IMG/VR virus record: IMGVR_UViG_3300020187_000010 | Length of the DNA stretch: 64,000 nucleotides | Source of the DNA: a virus | Strand: one strand, 5' to 3' | Shown: piece by piece, positions 8,952 to 18,384 of the stretch | How the letters are laid out: each line of letters starts with the position of its first letter | How positions within the stretch are numbered: the stretch's first letter is position 1 | Program-made: the position numbers and the translations under genes | Notes under the pieces: model-generated | What the model was told of the DNA's origin: nothing | The model's database searches: none | The model's input: only the letters and a program-made list of their open reading frames with translations

Positions 8952-10016
8952 TTAAATTACTTCCATACTTTGGGCTTCTTTCATAAGGTATGAAATCTCT
9001 GTTTTGATCCTGTCCTTATTCAGATCAGTATTAACATTGTCAATATAATCGTTGACTAAGGTATGAGTATCGTCAACAGATATGTTTTCGTCACCCACAT
9101 TCTCACCAAGGAAATCTTTGAAGTCTTCTGCAATCTTCAGTTCATGAATCTTCTGTTGTTGTACACGATCCACAAAACGTTCGAACTGTAGAGCATCACC
9201 CTTATTGTTCACTATGATCTTGACAAACTTATTATCTAAGTAAGACATATCCTTGAACTTCCACTCACCCATCTCTTCGTGGTCATAGTAAATCTTTTCG
9301 TAGATGGTGATTGGGTTACGGATCGCTTCCACTTCTCTTGTTTTGGTATCAAGGACATGGAAGTGTTTAGGGTCACCGCAATCATTCCAGAAGAATTCCA
9401 TCTGTGCACCAAGGTAGTGGATATTACCCTGTGATGATTTGGCATGGAAGTGTCCGGTCAGTACAGTTTCGAACCGATCAAACGCAGACTTATCCATACC
9501 ATCCTTACAGACTTGACCACGAGCCATCTCGAATCCTGCAAGTTCAAGGTGTGCACCCACAACTTCTGCTTTAGTGTTCTTCAGAAACTCAAGTGTTTCT
9601 TTCTCGTTCTCGGGATTGATCCAAGGAACCATTGCAACCTTCAGTCCACCATACTCCATAGTAGTCGGTTCCATGATAAGGTTAACCTCATTCATGTAGT
9701 GACCTTGGAGTTCCTTCAGTGCGTTTAGTTCATTGGTGTTCTTGTAGTACACGTCATGATTGCCCGGAATGATATCCATAGTGATACCATACTCTCGTAA
9801 CTTCTCTAGGAAGATCTTACGATTATGCGCAAGTGCTTTGAAGTTAATAGTCTTACGATTGTCGTAGTAATCTCCGAGATGGAGAATCTGTGTAATATTA
9901 TTCTCTAACAGATACGGGAAGAACACTTCGGAATAGAAACGTTCTTGGTAACCCATAAAGATATCAGAAGAATTACGACACCCTGCATGAGTGTCGTTTA
10001 GGATTGCCAGCTTCAT
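8952..10016 (-). CDS. gp47: Recombination endonuclease subunit gp47 (Mre11/SbcD-like)
   Basis: DTHAG, HLGDYYDNR, GNHD, GHFH phosphoesterase motifs. Confidence 0.96.
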   Translation of the reverse strand: MKLAILNDTHAGCRNSSDIFMGYQERFYSEVFFPYLLENNITQILHLGDYYDNRKTINFKALAHNRKIFLEKLREYGITMDIIPGNHDVYYKNTNELNALKELQGHYMNEVNLIMEPTTMEYGGLKVAMVPWINPENEKETLEFLKNTKAEVVGAHLELAGFEMARGQVCKDGMDKSAFDRFETVLTGHFHAKSSQGNIHYLGAQMEFFWNDCGDPKHFHVLDTKTREVEAIRNPITIYEKIYYDHEEMGEWKFKDMSYLDNKFVKIIVNNKGDALQFERFVDRVQQQKIHELKIAEDFKDFLGENVGDENISVDDTHTLVNDYIDNVNTDLNKDRIKTEISYLMKEAQSMEVI

Positions 10017-10046
10017 ATAATACTCATTTTATTAATAGATGTTACT

Positions 10047-10075
10047 ATTATACATGATAAAAATCAGTCTGTCAA
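10047..10075 (-). promoter_or_regulatory. Sigma70-type promoter for gp47
   Basis: Exact TTGACA-N17-TATAAT. Confidence 0.85.
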
Positions 10076-10656
10076 GTAAGAAAATCACTAAGATCAGAAT
10101 CGACATTAACTGCACGTCTCTTCCGCTGTTTCTTTTCTTCTTTAACATACTCTTTGAACTGTTTATCCGCATCTTTAACAGTATCAATTCGATGCCGTAA
10201 TCCTTCCACGACATGTTGTCCATAGGATTCGCCGTCACCAGATTCATCAACAAACATACTCACGTCCGCTTCTGCGATATACTTCATCTTGATGTCTTGT
10301 TGTTTCTTCTCTTTCTGGATTCTTCGGAGGAATGCGTACCAAGAGATCTGTGTAAAGTATGCGAAAGCATTGGGTGCGTTGGTGCGAGTAACTTTAGTGA
10401 TGTCATAGTTCTCGATAGCCTTGAGACAGTTTTCTACTGCATCCATGACCATCTCTTCACGGTAAGTGTAACGAACAAAGTTGGACTTGTGTGAAAGTCC
10501 TTCTGCAATCTTCAGAAAACACAATGCGATATAATCGTTAATCATCGGACGTTCATTACCGTTTAAGGTGGCGTTCTGCACACTTTCACAGTAATCTACT
10601 ACCGCTAAGGAGAACTCTTTGTTGTTTACGTAGTGCGGTCTATCTTTAGGTTTCAT
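10072..10656 (-). CDS. gp55: Late transcription sigma factor gp55
   Basis: HYVNNKEF, KIAEGLSHKSNF..YTYREEMVMDAVENC, NAFAYFTQI. Confidence 0.96.
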   Translation of the reverse strand: MKPKDRPHYVNNKEFSLAVVDYCESVQNATLNGNERPMINDYIALCFLKIAEGLSHKSNFVRYTYREEMVMDAVENCLKAIENYDITKVTRTNAPNAFAYFTQISWYAFLRRIQKEKKQQDIKMKYIAEADVSMFVDESGDGESYGQHVVEGLRHRIDTVKDADKQFKEYVKEEKKQRKRRAVNVDSDLSDFLT

Positions 10657-10683
10657 TTGGTACTCTCACTTTATATTTACCCT

Positions 10684-10712
10684 ATTATACTATCTTAGGG
10701 TATGAATGTCAA
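10684..10712 (-). promoter_or_regulatory. Sigma70-type promoter for gp55
   Basis: Exact TTGACA-N17-TATAAT. Confidence 0.85.
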
Positions 10713-10715
10713 GGG

Positions 10716-11204
10716 TTAACTGTTCTGTAGTTGTAACCAATCTTCTGCTTTCTTTCTTACCGCTTCTTCTTGGGTAACTTTCATACCCATCAGGGGGTCT
10801 TTCATGGATACTCGTTTGCGGAGGTCACTGGTCGAAAATCTGTGGTCTCTCTTATTAAAGTATATCTCTATACCACGGGCTGCACAAGTTGCACGTCCGG
10901 TGAAGGTCGTGTCTTTATATTCACTACCAATGATTCTCACATCGATATCAACCATCTTTAGAATGTCCTCCAAGTCCTTTTCGGTCTGGTACGGGATTAT
11001 CTCATCCACATACTTAACCGCAGATAGTTGGGTGTATCTTTCGACCAACGTCTGGACAGGAGAGTTTTTTTCTGAACGATCAGTAGAAGGGTCTATCTGA
11101 AGTGCGCATATAAGGTAGTCACACTGTGTCTTCGATTCACGTAACATTGATATATGACCTGCATGTAACAAATCAAATGTAGAGGCGGTTAAACCAACTT
11201 TCAT
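10716..11204 (-). CDS. Cytidylyltransferase (TagD / glycerol-3-phosphate cytidylyltransferase-like)
   Basis: TFDLLHAGH (HxGH), YVDEIIPY, RDHRFSTSDLR. Confidence 0.88.
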   Translation of the reverse strand: MKVGLTASTFDLLHAGHISMLRESKTQCDYLICALQIDPSTDRSEKNSPVQTLVERYTQLSAVKYVDEIIPYQTEKDLEDILKMVDIDVRIIGSEYKDTTFTGRATCAARGIEIYFNKRDHRFSTSDLRKRVSMKDPLMGMKVTQEEAVRKKAEDWLQLQNS

Positions 11205-11234
11205 AAAATAATCCTAATATAATTAAAATATAAC

Positions 11235-11263
11235 TTGACATAATCTTTTTTATGTGATAAAAT
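11235..11263 (+). promoter_or_regulatory. Possible antisense sigma70 promoter
   Basis: TTGACA-N17-TAAAAT with extended TGn on the plus strand in an intergenic gap. Confidence 0.5.
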
Positions 11264-11297
11264 AAGCATGTTGTCTGCCCCCCAGTCAATGTAACGT

Positions 11298-11687
11298 TTA
11301 GTGAATGGTTGTAGGGAACTTTAAAATGTTATTAGGTGAGTCACTATCCATCGAAACAAACTCATCGTCATACTCTGGTTCAGTACCTTCATAATCCATT
11401 ATAGAATCAACTGCTTGAACATACTGTTTCAAAATTTCGTCAACTGGATTAGCGATACTGACAATCTTATCCAACTTCAAAAGAATGAATCTATCCGGAT
11501 CATCCTGATAACACATGAACAAACGGAACGACCACATTCTCTGGCCATCTTCGGCTTGCGCAAACTGGATGGTAAGAGGATTTCTAATAATAAGATCATA
11601 ATCATCTTCCTCAAGGATCTCACACATGATCTCTTCACCAGTGGATAACTTGAGTTGTTTCACTTGTTTTAAATCATATATCATCAT
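11298..11687 (-). CDS. Conserved T4-like phage hypothetical protein (Sm-like fold) downstream of uvsW
   Basis: QLKLSTGEEIMCEI...IIRNPL motif; acidic C-tail. Confidence 0.7.
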   Translation of the reverse strand: MMIYDLKQVKQLKLSTGEEIMCEILEEDDYDLIIRNPLTIQFAQAEDGQRMWSFRLFMCYQDDPDRFILLKLDKIVSIANPVDEILKQYVQAVDSIMDYEGTEPEYDDEFVSMDSDSPNNILKFPTTIH

Positions 11688-13185
11688 CGTTTCCTTTTAG
11701 GTCTATCTTATATATCTTATACTTAAAACCCTCTTTCGTGTACATCTTAACACGTTCACCCGAATGGTTTAAAGTAAAGTTACGGTGTCCTTTTACAGAG
11801 AAGTCGTCAGCAATATCGAATAACTTTGTCACTGCTTCGTTGTCGGATTGTCTGAGTCCTCGTCCGATTGACTGAAGTACTTTGACTTGAGACTTTGATG
11901 GAGTCCCAAACACAATATTGTGAAGATTCCTAATGTTGATACCAGTACTAAAAGTCCCCAGACTAGCGACAATAATTGCATCATTTTCTTTCTCCACTAT
12001 TCCCCTAATTTTCTCTCGGTCAGTTGCATCAACTTCTCCCGATACATAGAATACTTTTCGGTCGGTATCTGATACCGAATCCTTTATCATCTCATACAGA
12101 ACTTTACCGTGTTTCTCAACGAACTGAAACATGACCAGACTATTACCTTCCAAGTCCTTTGTAAGTTTAGTAATGAACTTATTCCTGCGTTCATTTGTAA
12201 CTATGTAGTCAATCTCTTCCTGATAGGTTTTGTCCTTCATCCGTTGACAGATATCATTGTGATACCTCAGAAGAAGAATAGAGATCTCTAGGTCTGCAAG
12301 TGTCTTCTCTTCCTGCAACTTTGCAGTAGTAGTTACCTTATATACAGGGCCAAACAAACCCTCAAGTACAAGTTTGTTCGTCTCGGTACCATCCAGTGTA
12401 CCCGTAGTACCAAACCTATACTTCGCATTAACACATTTGTCCATCATGGTAGACAGAGACTTTGCCTTGAATAAGTGAACTTCGTCACCAAACACTGCAT
12501 CGAATTGTTCGAACCACTCCGGGCCAAACTTATAGATTGACTGCCAAGTAGAGATGATGACATCTTTATCAGTAACCTTCTCCTTACCGGAGTAGATCTT
12601 GTGACATTCGTTCTCTACGTCATAACCATAGTCAGCGAAGTCTTTATACATCTGTTCAACTAGACTTGTTGTAGGAACAATAACTAAAGTTTTACCTACA
12701 CCTTCTTTATCCTTGACAAACCGTAATAAATTGTATATAATAAAACTCTTGCCGCTGCCGGTTGGAGATAGTAACAAACACCGCTTGTTTTCAATACCAT
12801 GAGATATCGCTTCATACTGATAATCTCTTGTATCGAACGGACTACCGAGGTTTCCTAGATACTTTACCAACTCAGGATGATTAACCTTCGTAGTTGCACT
12901 AGGTACACCATACTCTTCATGTTCTAATATCTGTAGGGGATAGAATCTATCACCACAGAATTTACGCAAGTGATGATAAAGACCCACGTTCAAAGTCTTG
13001 GTCACGGTGTTGTAAAGTTTTACGCGGCCGTCCCAAACCTTACGTTTGTATGCCGGCATGTACTTATATCCAGGCACAAAAAATGCAAAGAACTCACGGA
13101 GTTCCATCTCTTGGGATGCGTTACTCTCTATCGCCAGATACGAGTGGTTTAACATCCTTATTCGTATCGTGTTGTCTTTGTTCAT
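11674..13185 (-). CDS. uvsW: UvsW DNA helicase
   Basis: RDYQ, SPTGSGKS, GDEVH, QSIGRGLR SF2 motifs. Confidence 0.96.
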   Translation of the reverse strand: MNKDNTIRIRMLNHSYLAIESNASQEMELREFFAFFVPGYKYMPAYKRKVWDGRVKLYNTVTKTLNVGLYHHLRKFCGDRFYPLQILEHEEYGVPSATTKVNHPELVKYLGNLGSPFDTRDYQYEAISHGIENKRCLLLSPTGSGKSFIIYNLLRFVKDKEGVGKTLVIVPTTSLVEQMYKDFADYGYDVENECHKIYSGKEKVTDKDVIISTWQSIYKFGPEWFEQFDAVFGDEVHLFKAKSLSTMMDKCVNAKYRFGTTGTLDGTETNKLVLEGLFGPVYKVTTTAKLQEEKTLADLEISILLLRYHNDICQRMKDKTYQEEIDYIVTNERRNKFITKLTKDLEGNSLVMFQFVEKHGKVLYEMIKDSVSDTDRKVFYVSGEVDATDREKIRGIVEKENDAIIVASLGTFSTGINIRNLHNIVFGTPSKSQVKVLQSIGRGLRQSDNEAVTKLFDIADDFSVKGHRNFTLNHSGERVKMYTKEGFKYKIYKIDLKGNDDDI

Positions 13186-13285
13186 ATAGTCTCTTTGCCA
13201 AGTCGATCATATTAAATTGTACACACATACCATGTTCGTGTAACCAATTCGCTTTGTCTAAGTCTTCGTCATCGTACTGTCGCAT
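13121..13285 (-). CDS. Small hypothetical protein
   Basis: ATG directly after the uvsY stop, filling the uvsY-uvsW gap; overlaps the uvsW start. Confidence 0.4.
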   Translation of the reverse strand: MRQYDDEDLDKANWLHEHGMCVQFNMIDLAKRLYEQRQHDTNKDVKPLVSGDRE

Positions 13286-13286
13286 C

Positions 13287-13733
13287 TTATGCACCCGCTT
13301 CAAACGCTCTATACCGAATCATATTTCCAATCGTTTGGTGTCTCCAGTTGAGACTTTGTACGATTTCTTTCAATGTATCTATAATTGTATTATAGTACTG
13401 TAACTTCTCTTCGGATTTCTGAATCTCAGGATCTGCATCATAATACAAATCCATGTCACCCTTGAGTACTTTGAGTCCATCGAATGGATCTAAATCCCAT
13501 CCAGTAGCAAGTAACTCTTTTTGATCCATCTTACCATTATAGTACTTCCATTTTTGTAACAAGAGAGTCTTCTGAGAGTTCTCTGCACGTTTGAGTTGTA
13601 ACTTTGTGAGAGATAGGTACTGTAAATATTTTGCATGTAGACTAGGTGTGTGTCGAGACGCCTCGTCCAGTTGGTGTTGTGGAATTTGGGAATCCTCTTT
13701 CCACTCTGATAATATACTTTCAAGGTCTAACAT
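13287..13733 (-). CDS. uvsY: UvsY recombination mediator
   Basis: LHAKYL...KWKYYNGK...YYDADPEI...WRHQTIGNMI; upstream of uvsW. Confidence 0.9.
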   Translation of the reverse strand: MLDLESILSEWKEDSQIPQHQLDEASRHTPSLHAKYLQYLSLTKLQLKRAENSQKTLLLQKWKYYNGKMDQKELLATGWDLDPFDGLKVLKGDMDLYYDADPEIQKSEEKLQYYNTIIDTLKEIVQSLNWRHQTIGNMIRYRAFEAGA

Positions 13734-13748
13734 AATAATCTCCAATAA

Positions 13749-14372
13749 TCAAACTGTATTTATATGATCAATAACGTCTTCCCAGAACTCTAGATTGAAC
13801 CCGAGAGTATATGAGAGGGTAATTCTTTTACTGTCTGTTGATGCGCAATGGTATATAATTTTATCTGTCTCTTCGGAAGAACCAAAGTATCCAGCCTTAC
13901 ATGTCCACCCCTTCTTATCCTTCATGCGAATATGATCTTTTGTTATGGGATCGACCCACTCAAAATAACCATCACCGGTCTCGCTCCATGTGAATATAAG
14001 ATTGTATGAAGATGCGTTTTGATTTGTATGCCATCCAATATATCCACCAACCGGATATAACTGACTAAGCGCAGAATTGCGCACTCCTAGTTCAGTCTTC
14101 AATCTTTCATCCAATGTTATATAGGATTTTCGGTAGTCCAGATTAGATGAATCGTCATGATCGGGCTTGAGACAATAAGACCTTGCTGATTCGGGTGATC
14201 CATCATGACCTACTTGTATAGATTGTAAGTATTCGTCACTAATCCAATGATCTCTATTCTCTCCATCAAGAAAGGTATTGGTCTTGGTAACATCGTATTT
14301 GTCAATAAACAACTCTCTAAAACCTTCTAGTATATCCAGAAGATTCTCATTCATAATATAGACGTGTCTCAT
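13749..14372 (-). CDS. 2OG-Fe(II) oxygenase-like protein (paralog of 34858-35553)
   Basis: YPVGGYIGWHTN...YHCA...RITLS double-stranded beta-helix pattern. Confidence 0.6.
   Translation of the reverse strand: MRHVYIMNENLLDILEGFRELFIDKYDVTKTNTFLDGENRDHWISDEYLQSIQVGHDGSPESARSYCLKPDHDDSSNLDYRKSYITLDERLKTELGVRNSALSQLYPVGGYIGWHTNQNASSYNLIFTWSETGDGYFEWVDPITKDHIRMKDKKGWTCKAGYFGSSEETDKIIYHCASTDSKRITLSYTLGFNLEFWEDVIDHINTV
13757..13764 (-). promoter_or_regulatory. T4-type late promoter upstream of uvsY
   Basis: TATAAATA on the minus strand. Confidence 0.65.
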
Positions 14373-14873
14373 TTATAACAACTCGAAAGAACTAAACCTA
14401 AAGCTTACTGTGAATGTAGGGTATTGTATATCACTAACATTAGATTGTAAAGTGATAGGACTCAAGTTTGTAGGAAGGGCATCAAAATACTTTATCTGCA
14501 CATTCTTGTTGTTGTGACTAGACATGATAATCAATGTTATATCTGCATAACTACTTCGTGTAGTACCCTCTGCGCCTACACTATTGTCTTGTCCCTGATT
14601 CACGATACGTTCCAACCAGTTCTGCATCTCTTTGTATGCAACAATATCTTCATCAAGAATGATCTCTACGGTGAGTTCCCCATAGGTAATTTTATCACCC
14701 GCAAGAGGAACCGAAGTAATACGTGCAACTGGTAGTTCTGTTGGATTAACTGAGGAGCCAGGATGTGTTACACTCTGCGCAAAATAACTCAGATTCTTAT
14801 AACCATCACCGGATATAATAATCTTAAATCCCGTGGGTTGTAGATAATTTTTATTTGATGTTAACTCTGCCAT
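14373..14873 (-). CDS. gp3: Tail tube terminator / tail completion protein gp3
   Basis: NYLQPTGF, YFAQSVTHPG, GDKITYGEL, ILDED, FDALPTNLS. Confidence 0.85.
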   Translation of the reverse strand: MAELTSNKNYLQPTGFKIIISGDGYKNLSYFAQSVTHPGSSVNPTELPVARITSVPLAGDKITYGELTVEIILDEDIVAYKEMQNWLERIVNQGQDNSVGAEGTTRSSYADITLIIMSSHNNKNVQIKYFDALPTNLSPITLQSNVSDIQYPTFTVSFRFSSFELL

Positions 14874-14897
14874 TATAACTCTCGTTGATTTTACTTT

Positions 14898-14905
14898 TAT
14901 TTATA
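14898..14905 (-). promoter_or_regulatory. T4-type late promoter upstream of gp3
   Basis: TATAAATA. Confidence 0.75.
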
Positions 14906-14908
14906 CAC

Positions 14909-14959
14909 ATTATAGTGGTCTATTAATGGACAATTATCTAAAATATAGACCACTATAAT
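14909..14959. repeat. 15-bp perfect inverted repeat with 21-nt spacer
   Basis: ATTATAGTGGTCTAT (14909-14923) and ATAGACCACTATAAT (14945-14959). Confidence 0.85.
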
Positions 14960-14965
14960 AGACAC

Positions 14966-14995
14966 AAAAAAAACCCCCATCCGAAGATGAGGGTC
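14966..14995 (-). terminator. Rho-independent terminator after gp23
   Basis: GACCCTCATC-TTCG-GATGGGGGT plus T-tract; cUUCGg tetraloop typical of T4-like phages. Confidence 0.88.
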
Positions 14996-15053
14996 AAAAG
15001 GTGATTTAACCGGGCGTTCCCGATCTATCACTCTTATTATTTTATACTACCAT

Positions 15054-16406
15054 CTACGCGAGAATATTGTCAACTCGGAAGATTCTGTAGTAAACATTGC
15101 TCTTAGCAGCGGCAAGACCGTTACTTGGAGTAGAACCGACAAACGGGTTAGACGCCATACCATAACGAGTCTTGAACCCGATACGTGGTTGGAAGTCATT
15201 CTCGCCAACGGCTTTAACCATTTGCAGTGGAACGTATGGGCAGTAGAATACACCTGCGTCATATGCGTTAGTACCTTTGTAACCTACAGTGATGTAGTCA
15301 GCAGAGGCATATGGGTCAATATAGACCTTAGTGCGACCGTTCAAAGTACCAGCAAAAGTATTACCAGTGTCATCAACCTGAAGGTTGGTAGACATTGCAG
15401 GAGTGTAGTCCAACATACCAGAAGCGGCAAGTGCAGTAGCAACGTCAGAAGAACAGATAACAACGTTACCCTTTCCACGGCGAGTTTCTTTTGCAATTAC
15501 GTTTGCTTCGCGGTCGATCTGTACAACCAGACCCTTGAACTTCTCAGCAGACCAACGACCGTCAGCATCAGTTGACAAGTCAAAGATACCTTTAGTAGCA
15601 ACGTTAGACTGGAGAGCACCAGTTTTTGCTTGACTGTTGATAGTACGAACAACTTCACGGTTGATTTCCGCAAGGATCTCAGTAGAGAGGATGTTAGCAA
15701 GTTCAGTTTCTGCATCCAGACCATGGATTGCTTTCAGGTCTTGTGCAAGTTCTAAACTGTACTCAGCTTTCAACGCACGAGATACGGCAGTTACAGTTGC
15801 CTTCTCGATGGTGAAACCCATTTCTGCGAAAGGTGCACCAACACCATCACCCAGTGCTTCAGCAGCAGCGGTAGTCATACCAGTTGCAGCAAGTGAAGTC
15901 AGACGAGAATCGTCTACACTTGAGTCAACAGTGCGAACACCAGTTGCAGAGTCATCAGAGATGCCGTTGAAACCAGAAGCGTTATCAGAATCGTGAGTAC
16001 CGGTACGGTCACCAGAGAACTGAGTTTCTGCTTCTTGGAACAATGCTTCACGTGAAGAAGTTGAACCAGCACCATAACGTGCCTTCATCGCGAAGATGAG
16101 ACCAGTTGGGCCAGACATTGGTTGAACGCCACATACGTCATATGCCATCAAGTTAGGCATTGCACGGCGAACGAGAGAGATCAATACTGGATCCCAGTTA
16201 CCCGCAGAAGTGGTGTTGTTGCCCGGCGCAGCTTCGTTTAAAGAACCGAAACCTGCGTGTTGAGCGCGTTCTTCCATCATTGCTTTCTCTTGGTTTTCCA
16301 AGATTGCAGCAGTAACAGCTCTACGTTGATGATCTTTAATCTCGCCAGCAGAACTTTCGTTCAGGACGGGAGCCCATTTTTCGATAAGAGTATCGTAAGA
16401 ATTCAT
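15054..16406 (-). CDS. gp23: Major capsid protein gp23
   Basis: LVRRAMP, GVQPMSGPTGLIFA, RALKAEYSLELAQDLKAIHGLDAE, YCPYVPL, GFKTRYG. Confidence 0.99.
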   Translation of the reverse strand: MNSYDTLIEKWAPVLNESSAGEIKDHQRRAVTAAILENQEKAMMEERAQHAGFGSLNEAAPGNNTTSAGNWDPVLISLVRRAMPNLMAYDVCGVQPMSGPTGLIFAMKARYGAGSTSSREALFQEAETQFSGDRTGTHDSDNASGFNGISDDSATGVRTVDSSVDDSRLTSLAATGMTTAAAEALGDGVGAPFAEMGFTIEKATVTAVSRALKAEYSLELAQDLKAIHGLDAETELANILSTEILAEINREVVRTINSQAKTGALQSNVATKGIFDLSTDADGRWSAEKFKGLVVQIDREANVIAKETRRGKGNVVICSSDVATALAASGMLDYTPAMSTNLQVDDTGNTFAGTLNGRTKVYIDPYASADYITVGYKGTNAYDAGVFYCPYVPLQMVKAVGENDFQPRIGFKTRYGMASNPFVGSTPSNGLAAAKSNVYYRIFRVDNILA

Positions 16407-16418
16407 ATTGGTTATTCC

Positions 16419-17456
16419 TTATTGAGTTCTAGAAGTTTTTCTAATTGCAGTGAGGTAAGAGTCCATGCTTGAAGACACTTCAACTGTTGTTTCAGGTTCC
16501 TCATCTACGGCAGCAACTTCTTCACTAATTTTTTGAGAAAAGTAAGATTCGCGGATAGTAGCAACTTTAGATGCGAATACTTCCGCACTTTCGAAATCGA
16601 TACTTTCAACGAGACCTTTCAGTTTCTCGACTTGGGTGTCTGCCAAACCACGAGCGGCTTCAGCAATGATAGAATCACGCTTCAACACTTCGAGTTCTTC
16701 TGACAGTTTAATGGACTCACCAGTTTGAGAATTTAACTTCTCTTCAAGTTCTTCAACTTGACCTGCGAGTTCATCAACTAGGTCTACCTTGGACTCAGGT
16801 ACTTCGATGTGAGATTCTACGAATAGATCCTTCATCTTGTCCATAAAGTTCTCTGCGATTTCAGTACGGAGACCGTTCTGAACAGCAACTTTATTATCTT
16901 CCATCCAAGTTTCAACTACGTAGTTTAAGTAAGAATCAACTTTCTCAACAAGATCACTCTTAATAGACGCGACTTCTTCAGATAGTTCTTCTTGGTATTG
17001 TTCCTCTAAACGAGAAACTTCTTCGGACAGTTTAGATTTAACAGCAGCTTCAAAGATAACTGAAGTTTTCTCTTTGAACTCATCAGACAAAGTTGCCTCT
17101 GACTCTACGAGTGCATCAAGTTCACTTACTGTATCAATTTTTTCTGCAACTACTTCAACATCAAACTCGACATCTTCGCCCATCATTTTACCGTATGCAG
17201 CCTGAAGATCCATTTTTTTCATGGAGTTCATCTTCTGGTACATAGAGTTAATCATGCCCGCTTTTGTCTTGGGTAATGTTGCTTTCTTAGTTGCATCGGC
17301 CGCCTTATCTACTGACGCTACAGACTCAGGTTCAGTTACACCATCAGTTGATGTTGCGCCTGCGCCTTTAGGTTCTGCTTTTTCTTCGAGAGTTTCCTCC
17401 ACGATTTCGTTAATATCATCGTGAAGTTCTACTTCGACATTAGTTTCATCAGTCAT
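16419..17456 (-). CDS. gp22: Prohead core scaffold protein gp22
   Basis: Acidic coiled coil; IFEAAV, VDSYLNYVVE.W; synteny. Confidence 0.93.
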   Translation of the reverse strand: MTDETNVEVELHDDINEIVEETLEEKAEPKGAGATSTDGVTEPESVASVDKAADATKKATLPKTKAGMINSMYQKMNSMKKMDLQAAYGKMMGEDVEFDVEVVAEKIDTVSELDALVESEATLSDEFKEKTSVIFEAAVKSKLSEEVSRLEEQYQEELSEEVASIKSDLVEKVDSYLNYVVETWMEDNKVAVQNGLRTEIAENFMDKMKDLFVESHIEVPESKVDLVDELAGQVEELEEKLNSQTGESIKLSEELEVLKRDSIIAEAARGLADTQVEKLKGLVESIDFESAEVFASKVATIRESYFSQKISEEVAAVDEEPETTVEVSSSMDSYLTAIRKTSRTQ

Positions 17457-17466
17457 TATAGACTCC

Positions 17467-18126
17467 TTACATATTAGATTTGATTAACGAGAGGAAATTT
17501 TTAAACTCACGAATTTGAACAGCAGAACTGTACGCCTTCGGTGCATTTTTGATTTCTGTCTCCATATCTTCAATTATCTGTTGTTCCAAAATACCGTTAT
17601 TCCAGATCCAATCCACACCTTCCATAATACCATTAACAAAAGCATCAGGTGCGGAGGGGTCTTGTACTATGTCGATAGTTGCAAGGTGAAAATCTTCACC
17701 AACATATGCGACACCATTTCGGTTCACTAGACTTCCCATACCACGAGTTGACACACCTAGTTGAACACCACCTTCTAGAAGACCTTGAACGATCTTACCC
17801 ATCGGAGTATCCAATATTTGTGCCTTTCCGACCACATCATTTCCCTCAAATCTGAGGTCAGTGATGAGATGCGAAACTTTATCCAAGTTAACAGTTGGGC
17901 CTTCGGGGTGATTCAATTCACCGACCGCACGTTTCTTGCTAACTTGTTCGGTAACGTACTTATTTACAGCACGTTCCATAATTGCTTTGGGGTAAATTCG
18001 CCCATTGCGATTCTTTTGATCTGCTTGAGCGAATACGCCCTCGATGACATATTTCTTGGCACCGTCTTCTTTCTTTTCTACGATACACTGAATGTCGTTT
18101 TCGTAGTATTCGCTAATCAGTTTCAT
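17467..18126 (-). CDS. gp21: Prohead protease gp21
   Basis: NRNGRIYP, GELNHP, LGVSTRGMGS, DPSAPDAFV. Confidence 0.97.
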   Translation of the reverse strand: MKLISEYYENDIQCIVEKKEDGAKKYVIEGVFAQADQKNRNGRIYPKAIMERAVNKYVTEQVSKKRAVGELNHPEGPTVNLDKVSHLITDLRFEGNDVVGKAQILDTPMGKIVQGLLEGGVQLGVSTRGMGSLVNRNGVAYVGEDFHLATIDIVQDPSAPDAFVNGIMEGVDWIWNNGILEQQIIEDMETEIKNAPKAYSSAVQIREFKNFLSLIKSNM

Positions 18127-18326
18127 TTTAATTCCTTTACGACTGTCTTTGCAGTCTTCTCAGCTTCTTTTTGATCCTTGAAGGTGTCTAACATATCACC
18201 GTCAATATACAAAACGAAACCCTTCGAGTCTTTCACGATCTTAACAGGTACTTTATCGATCTTCTTATTGAAGACGACTTTACCTTTGGAAGCGACAGCT
18301 TCTCTTAATTGACCGAATGTTTTCAT
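18123..18326 (-). CDS. Small head-region protein (gp68 position)
   Basis: MKTFGQLRE start typical of prohead core proteins; late promoter upstream. Confidence 0.6.
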   Translation of the reverse strand: MKTFGQLREAVASKGKVVFNKKIDKVPVKIVKDSKGFVLYIDGDMLDTFKDQKEAEKTAKTVVKELK

Positions 18327-18350
18327 TTTAAGTTTTTCCGTTTATGGTAT

Positions 18351-18358
18351 TATTTATA
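18351..18358 (-). promoter_or_regulatory. T4-type late promoter
   Basis: TATAAATA upstream of the gp68/gp21/gp22/gp23 operon. Confidence 0.75.
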
Positions 18359-18384
18359 CAAATTCCATCTTTAACAATAAACTT

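Noticed and set aside
15047-15262. Alternative-frame ORF at the gp23 3' end as a programmed frameshift extension
   Set aside because: It ends only 7 nt past the gp23 stop, so it would add no domain; no slippery site noticed.
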